The notes under the pieces: model-generated
Database searches by the model: none
What the model was told of the DNA's origin: nothing
Seen by the model: the letters and a program-made list of their open reading frames with translations, nothing else
Source of the DNA: Candidatus Hermodarchaeum yapensis
Lineage (GTDB): Archaea > Asgardarchaeota > Hermodarchaeia > Hermodarchaeales > Hermodarchaeaceae
Assembly: GCA_016840405.1 (NCBI GenBank)
Contig: JAEOSK010000008.1
Span: 1-64,000, forward strand
Direction: 5' to 3'
Length of the DNA: 64,000 nucleotides
Translations under genes and position numbers: made by a program
In this document: piece after piece, positions 58,918 to 64,000 of the stretch
How the letters are laid out: every line of letters begins with the position of its first letter
How positions within the stretch are numbered: position 1 is the first letter of the stretch

Positions 58918-59655
58918 ATGGATCAAACCGCTCGGGAAAATTTGCTCAGAAGTATCGCTGGAGAAATCACTCTTGCAGAGACTCCTGGTCGAGTGATGCG
59001 AAAATGGCGTGAGCAATTTGGGGTAGCACAACATGATCTTGCTAAACAGCTTGACATCTCTCCGTCTGTAATTAGTGATTATGAAAGTGGAAGACGGAAA
59101 TCGCCACGGGTTGAGACGATACGAAAGTTTGCTGAAAGTCTCATCGTTATTGACGAAAGCCGTGGGGGACAAATAGTCAACGCGTTTATTCGCCTTTTAG
59201 GACAAGAAATTCCGTCTGATATTCTTCTGGATATTCGTGAGTTTCCTGCTTCTATTCCCGCAAAATTGTTGACAGATCATTTGGAGTGCAAAACAATTGT
59301 TGACGATGTTATTCCGGATAGGGAGATTTTCGGGTACACAACAATCGATAGCCTGAGAGTAATTCTTCAGCTGTCACCAGAACAAATGCTCAAACTATAT
59401 GGCGCTACACCAAATCGAGCTGCAATTTTTACTCATATCAGTACAGGGCGGTCGCCCATGGTAGCAATTCGAACATCTCAAATGGGCTTAGGTCCTGCTG
59501 TACGACCATCTGTTGTTATTTTACATGGTCCAAAAAAGGTTGATTCAGTCGCATGTAAAATTGCTGAAGTTGAAAAGATTCCACTTTATCTATCGATGGT
59601 AAAGGAAACTGAAGCCTTGATTCGTAAGCTTCGAAATTTCAAACCTGAGGTGTAA
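58918..59655 (+). CDS. XRE-HTH transcriptional regulator (COG1709-like)
   Basis: IAGEI, SVISDYESGRRKSP, GYT.IDS, STGRSPMVAIR. Confidence 0.88.
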   Translation: MDQTARENLLRSIAGEITLAETPGRVMRKWREQFGVAQHDLAKQLDISPSVISDYESGRRKSPRVETIRKFAESLIVIDESRGGQIVNAFIRLLGQEIPSDILLDIREFPASIPAKLLTDHLECKTIVDDVIPDREIFGYTTIDSLRVILQLSPEQMLKLYGATPNRAAIFTHISTGRSPMVAIRTSQMGLGPAVRPSVVILHGPKKVDSVACKIAEVEKIPLYLSMVKETEALIRKLRNFKPEV

Positions 59656-59663
59656 AGTTCACG

Positions 59664-60431
59664 GTGCATACCCTCTACTTTGTTGGTACTGCTGGCTCTG
59701 GTAAATCAACACTCACCCATGCTTTTGCCAGTTGGTTAAAGAATGCTAACATCAGCGTGGGAACAGTAAATCTAGATCCTGGGGTTTTGCATCTTCCATA
59801 TGGGCCAGATATCGATGTTCGAGATTTTGTCTCTTTACAAGGAATTATGGAAAAGTATAATCTCGGTCCCAATGGAGGATTAATAGCGGCTATAGATTTG
59901 ATTAGCACACATCTTGAAACGTTACAAGAAGAAATCACTGACTTGGGCGTTGATTTTCTTCTTATGGATACTCCAGGTCAAATTGAATTATTTGCCTTTA
60001 GAGAAACCGGACCTTTAATCGTGTCTAGTCTTGGGGGAGAAAGCAGTATGTTAATCTATCTTGTAGATGCAGCCCTGGGAAAAACTCCCGCAGGATTAGT
60101 TTCTTCGCTTCTCCTTTCAGCTTCAGTGCTAGTCCGCTTTCATCTTTCTCAAGTCAATGTGCTATCAAGAGTCGATTTGCTGAGTGAGGAAGAATTAGAA
60201 AAAGTGAATAGTTGGCTGGATGATCCGATTCAACTGCTTCATGATCTCCAAGAGTCACGAAATGAATTACAGATTGAACTTTCAGGTGAGCTGTTCAATG
60301 CGATTCAGAACCTATTTTCAGGACTAGATCTTGTTCCTCTCTCTGCCGCGCGCCTGGAAACTCTTGAGTTACTATTTTCACATGTTTCGAATACACTGAC
60401 AGGTGGTGAGGGGTTCGAAACCTTTCGATAA
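59664..60431 (+). CDS. GPN-loop GTPase
   Basis: GTAGSGKS, NLDPG, LGPNGG, DTPGQIE. Confidence 0.93.
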   Translation: MHTLYFVGTAGSGKSTLTHAFASWLKNANISVGTVNLDPGVLHLPYGPDIDVRDFVSLQGIMEKYNLGPNGGLIAAIDLISTHLETLQEEITDLGVDFLLMDTPGQIELFAFRETGPLIVSSLGGESSMLIYLVDAALGKTPAGLVSSLLLSASVLVRFHLSQVNVLSRVDLLSEEELEKVNSWLDDPIQLLHDLQESRNELQIELSGELFNAIQNLFSGLDLVPLSAARLETLELLFSHVSNTLTGGEGFETFR

Positions 60432-60494
60432 CCTTGTTTTACTAAAAGGTTTTAATTCAGACCTTCTTGTTGTATGACTCATTAGGTGAATTGA

Positions 60495-61199
60495 ATGCCC
60501 AAGGTCGATGATATAATAGCAACAGCCTGTTCCGAAAAACGAACCTATCTTTTGGAAAATGAATCCAAAACAATAATGCAGACCTATGAGATACCAGTAA
60601 CCAAATTCACGGTAGCTGAGACAGAGGATGCTGCTGTCAAAGCCGCAGAGAAAATTGGCTATCCCGTTGTCCTAAAGATTTTGAGCCCTGATGTGATTCA
60701 TAAAAGCGATGTCGGGGGAGTGCTAATCAACATTAATACTCCCGACGAAGTTCGAAAAGGGTATCAGTCAATCATTAACAATGTTCAAAAACACAAAACT
60801 AATGCGAGGATAAAGGGCATTTTCGTTGAGGAATTTGCACCCAAGGGAATAGAAGTAATCATTGGAGCATTAAAGGATCCACAATTCGGACCAGCGCTGA
60901 TGTTCGGATTGGGCGGAATTTTCGTAGAAGTGTTAAAAGACGTCAGCTTTCGAGTTGCTCCGATAACCAAATTCGATGCTAAGGAAATGATTCAAGAAAT
61001 CAAGGGTTACCCAATTCTCACTGGGATTCGTGGTCAAAAAGCATCAGATGTCACAGCACTAGAAAACATCCTTCTTCAAGTATCAAAATTAGTAATGGAT
61101 TATCCGGTCATCAATCAGCTCGATCTTAATCCAGTTTTCTCCTATCCTAAGGGAGCAAAATGTGTTGATGCACGTATTATTTTGGAAGAAAAATCATAG
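60495..61199 (+). CDS. ADP-forming acyl-CoA synthetase beta subunit (ATP-grasp)
   Basis: GYPVVLKI, HKSDVGGV, DPQFGP..MFGLGG, DLNP. Confidence 0.9.
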   Translation: MPKVDDIIATACSEKRTYLLENESKTIMQTYEIPVTKFTVAETEDAAVKAAEKIGYPVVLKILSPDVIHKSDVGGVLININTPDEVRKGYQSIINNVQKHKTNARIKGIFVEEFAPKGIEVIIGALKDPQFGPALMFGLGGIFVEVLKDVSFRVAPITKFDAKEMIQEIKGYPILTGIRGQKASDVTALENILLQVSKLVMDYPVINQLDLNPVFSYPKGAKCVDARIILEEKS

Positions 61200-61326
61200 A
61201 TTCTCTAACTTTAGTATGTTTTTTTCTTCAAGGAGGGTAAAGGTCCGTTAGTTTTAAAAATCCCTCTTCTATACACCTTTTTACTCCCGAAACCGCAATA
61301 GACGTTTTCTAGAATAAGGTGGTATA

Positions 61327-62196
61327 GTGGCCGAGGAATCAGTTCTCAGGCTTGCGGAAACAAGCCGACTTACTTCAACGTTACGAGAGAAACGGGACGA
61401 GCTTAATACTGAAGCCCAACAGCTAGTCAAAGAAAGGGACAGTCTTAATGCCCAAGTAGCCGAATGGCTCTCTAAAGCTCGAGATCATCGTGAAAAACGT
61501 GATGAGTACAACCAAAAAGTATCTGAATTCAAGGCTGAACGAGATGAAATCTATTCTAAACTCAAGGGGAGAGTTGAGGATCATCAAGACACTGAGGGCG
61601 AAGCTGAAGAAATTCAGAAAAAAACTTCTGCTCCCTCTCATGTTCTTCGTCGAAAAGTTCGGGAGCTTGATTGGTCACTGCAAACTCAAGTGCTGGACTT
61701 AAAACGCGAGCGAGAGATCATTGAACAAATTGCAGAACTAGAAGAAGAGCTCAAGATAGCAGAAGACGCAGCTGCAATGCGAAAAGAAAGTGCAAAAGCG
61801 CGGTCTGAAATTGAAGACCTTCGGCTTCTCATGAATGCTCATCATAATTCAGTTCTTGAATTTGCTCGCCTCTCTCAAGAGGAAAATCAGCTTATGATTG
61901 AAGCCTATGCAGAAGTTGACACTCTGCGAAAACGAGCAGATGAAGCCCATCGCCGGTATCTCGAAACACGTCGTGAAGCCGACGAAACCCATCGTCGATT
62001 CATAGAAGCTAAGCAAGAGAATAGCCGTTTAAGGAAGGAATTAGGAGAAATCCGCGTAAGAAGACGTGTAGAAAAACTTCAGGAATTAGAGGATCGCCTT
62101 GAAGAAAAGGTTGCAATAGCACTGGAAAAGTTCAAACGTGGCGAACGTCTTACCATGGAAGAATTTTCACTGTTAATGAAACGCGGGTTATTGTAA
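61327..62196 (+). CDS. Archaeal coiled-coil protein (COG1340-like)
   Basis: R..RDELN repeats, QT..L...ERE, terminal KF.RGE.LT.EE. Confidence 0.8.
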   Translation: MAEESVLRLAETSRLTSTLREKRDELNTEAQQLVKERDSLNAQVAEWLSKARDHREKRDEYNQKVSEFKAERDEIYSKLKGRVEDHQDTEGEAEEIQKKTSAPSHVLRRKVRELDWSLQTQVLDLKREREIIEQIAELEEELKIAEDAAAMRKESAKARSEIEDLRLLMNAHHNSVLEFARLSQEENQLMIEAYAEVDTLRKRADEAHRRYLETRREADETHRRFIEAKQENSRLRKELGEIRVRRRVEKLQELEDRLEEKVAIALEKFKRGERLTMEEFSLLMKRGLL

Positions 62197-62202
62197 AGAA
62201 TA

Positions 62203-62622
62203 TTACAAGCTCATTGGCAGAACAATATCTGCCGCATTTTGGAGTCCTCGATTAACATAATTTGCAGAGTGCAACAAAATGACTTCTTTTCCAATCTCTC
62301 TTGCTCGACTAAAAAGTGGTAATAATTTCTCATTTTCGGTGGCAAGAGCTAAGATTTCAATTTTCTCATTATAAATCAGTTCCATGGCTTCGAGGGCAAA
62401 TTGAATATCAAGGTCATTATGAACAATCACAGGAATGAATCCTTCTTGATTGATGTTGTTCGAATGTTCCAGTGCCTCTTGTTGTAGTAACACAATTTTA
62501 GCGACCTTAATGTCGCCTATCTCTTCCAGCAAAGGTCGAATTCGGATTAGAATATCGGGAAGAGGAGTCGAAGTGCTACTATCAATTAACAATGCAATTG
62601 CCTTACTCTTTTTTCTTCGTAT
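62203..62622 (-). CDS. Degenerate NYN/DUF88-like protein, possible ATA start
   Basis: AIALLID, IGDIKVAK, DLD...A.EA, ARE.GK.V, L.NAAD; AGGAGG 8 nt before ATA at 62622. Confidence 0.65.
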   Translation of the reverse strand: MRRKKSKAIALLIDSSTSTPLPDILIRIRPLLEEIGDIKVAKIVLLQQEALEHSNNINQEGFIPVIVHNDLDIQFALEAMELIYNEKIEILALATENEKLLPLFSRAREIGKEVILLHSANYVNRGLQNAADIVLPMSL

Positions 62623-62634
62623 TGTTGTTTCCTC

Positions 62635-63402
62635 CTAATTCCCAAATCGCCGTTCTCTTCGCTGAAATGTACGGAGTGCACGCCAGAAATCAATCTTTCG
62701 AATCTCAGGCCAATATACATCTGCAAAATAGAGTTCAGAATATGCTGATTGCCATAATAAAAATCCGGACAAGCGTTCTTCTCCGGATGTTCGAATAATG
62801 AGCTCCGGATCTGCAATGCCTGCGGTGTATAAATGCTGTTCGATTATTTCATCAGAAATTGCCATTGGATTAATATCGCCGGTTTGAACTTTTTCTGCAA
62901 TACGTTTTACAGCATCTACAATTTCAGTTCGCCCGCCATAACCGATGGCTACATTCAACTGAAATTTGTCATATCCCGCGGTTACCTCTTCTGCTTCACT
63001 TATAGCAGCTAATAATTTGGGTGGTAGTAATGATAGTTGACCAATCGCCCGAACCCTGACTTGGTGACGATGAACAACCTCTGACCGTGCAACGGTTTCA
63101 AACCTATCTTGGGCTATTTCCATGATGTGTTGAACTTCTTCCTTTTTTCGAGAAAAATTCTCGGTCGAAAAAGCATAGATTGTAACGACGTTTATCCCAG
63201 CATCAAAACACCAATCGAGAACTTCATCGATACGTTCTGCACCCATTGTGTGCCCAAAATCTGCTTCTTGACTGCGTTGCTTGGCATAGCGGCGGTTCCC
63301 ATCTAGAATAATTCCTACGTGATTTGGCATAGAATTATCTTTGATTTGGCGCCAAAGATACCAGGAATATAGGTGGTAGATGGGTCCCATCATGTTTGCC
63401 AC
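62635..63402 (-). CDS. uppS: cis-prenyltransferase (UppS family)
   Basis: HVGIILDGNRR, YAFSTENF, YGGR.EI, IRTSGE.RLSGFLLWQ, RRFG. Confidence 0.95.
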   Translation of the reverse strand: MANMMGPIYHLYSWYLWRQIKDNSMPNHVGIILDGNRRYAKQRSQEADFGHTMGAERIDEVLDWCFDAGINVVTIYAFSTENFSRKKEEVQHIMEIAQDRFETVARSEVVHRHQVRVRAIGQLSLLPPKLLAAISEAEEVTAGYDKFQLNVAIGYGGRTEIVDAVKRIAEKVQTGDINPMAISDEIIEQHLYTAGIADPELIIRTSGEERLSGFLLWQSAYSELYFADVYWPEIRKIDFWRALRTFQRRERRFGN

Positions 63403-63480
63403 AGTCTAGTCCCCGGGTAGAGCCAAAAGGCAGCGATATTTAACCTTTCGTTTTACGAAGTATCTATTTAATTATGTTTG

Positions 63481-63772
63481 CGAGAAGTCCCTTGTCTTCG
63501 GGTAGAGAATGCCTCGTGGTGTTTATAAGACCTCTTGTATCAACTCTAGTATGCCCGACTGGAGCACTGTACACCAGGCATTACGTGGCAGGGCGGCATC
63601 TACGCAGATGAAGCCCCCTCCGGCATGTGCAAGAAATTCCCCTGCCTAAGGGGCCGGTGTGGGGCGGAACAACGTCAGAACCTAGCAAGTTACGGGCCAA
63701 ACGCGCCTCGGCGACGAGCGTAACCCGAAGGAACAGTCCGAAACCCCTTCCTTCAGGGAGGGGAGGATGTCA
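63481..63772 (+). mobile_element. Second transposase-less IS200/IS605 cassette encoding a roughly 220-nt structured RNA
   Basis: Left end CGAGAAGTCCC..CTTCGGG; TATA TTTATAAG (63522); GC-rich multi-stem region; right end GAAACCCCTTCCTTCAGGGAGGGGAGGATGTCA. Confidence 0.75.
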
Positions 63773-63801
63773 TGCTCTCTCATCATTCCTAAAAGATTTG
63801 G

Positions 63802-64000
63802 TTAGAACACTTGGCGGGCAAATTGTAACGACAGTTGTATTTCTCGTTGACCACCTTTTAATGCAATACCCATGTGTCCGGGTAACAGCATTTCTACCGG
63901 CAGCTCTGCTAGTCTGGCAATTGATTGGGTCAGCTGCTTCCCATTACCTGTAGGTAAATCGGCACGACCAAAGGAGCCATGTCGAAATACTACATCACCC
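63802..64000 (-). CDS. Metallo-beta-lactamase-fold hydrolase, 3' part
   Basis: Manual translation GDVVF..GSFGRADLPTG...LLPGHM; not in ORF track. Confidence 0.85.
   Translation of the reverse strand, partial: GDVVFRHGSFGRADLPTGNGKQLTQSIARLAELPVEMLLPGHMGIALKGGQREIQLSLQFARQVF

Noticed and set aside
1-64000. CRISPR array or rRNA
   Set aside because: No regularly spaced direct repeats, cas genes or rRNA-like sequence seen.

Overview
Archaeal chromosome segment, most likely an Asgard archaeon: it has profilin, a Rab-like GTPase, an EMC6-like protein, and archaeal Rpo6, thermosome, CCA enzyme and BHB-intron tRNAs. Most of the window is housekeeping: tRNA/RNA processing, DNA repair, flavin and thiamine cofactors, IOR, Fae-Hps, IleRS, HerA-NurA. 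The unusual content is mainly non-coding. (1) A solo IS607-type TnpB whose third RuvC aspartate is Gly. (2) Two transposase-less IS200/IS605 cassettes, each with left end + TATA box + structured omegaRNA-like RNA + right end (58.6 kb, 63.5 kb). (3) An orphan structured RNA at 44.7 kb resembling IS110 bridge/seek RNA regions, bracketed by two motifs (29/30 and 20/20 identical) that recur only 10 bp apart at 57.1 kb. (4) A two-intron tRNA-Ile with a rare UAU anticodon and a compensatory A19-U56 pair directly behind ileS. (5) An accessory island at 22.4-26.9 kb bounded by two unannotated paralogous 57-aa genes and carrying an AbiE type IV toxin-antitoxin pair whose toxin has one in-frame TAG. No CRISPR array or rRNA was seen. 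All calls come from motif recognition by eye; no database searches or folding programs were run.
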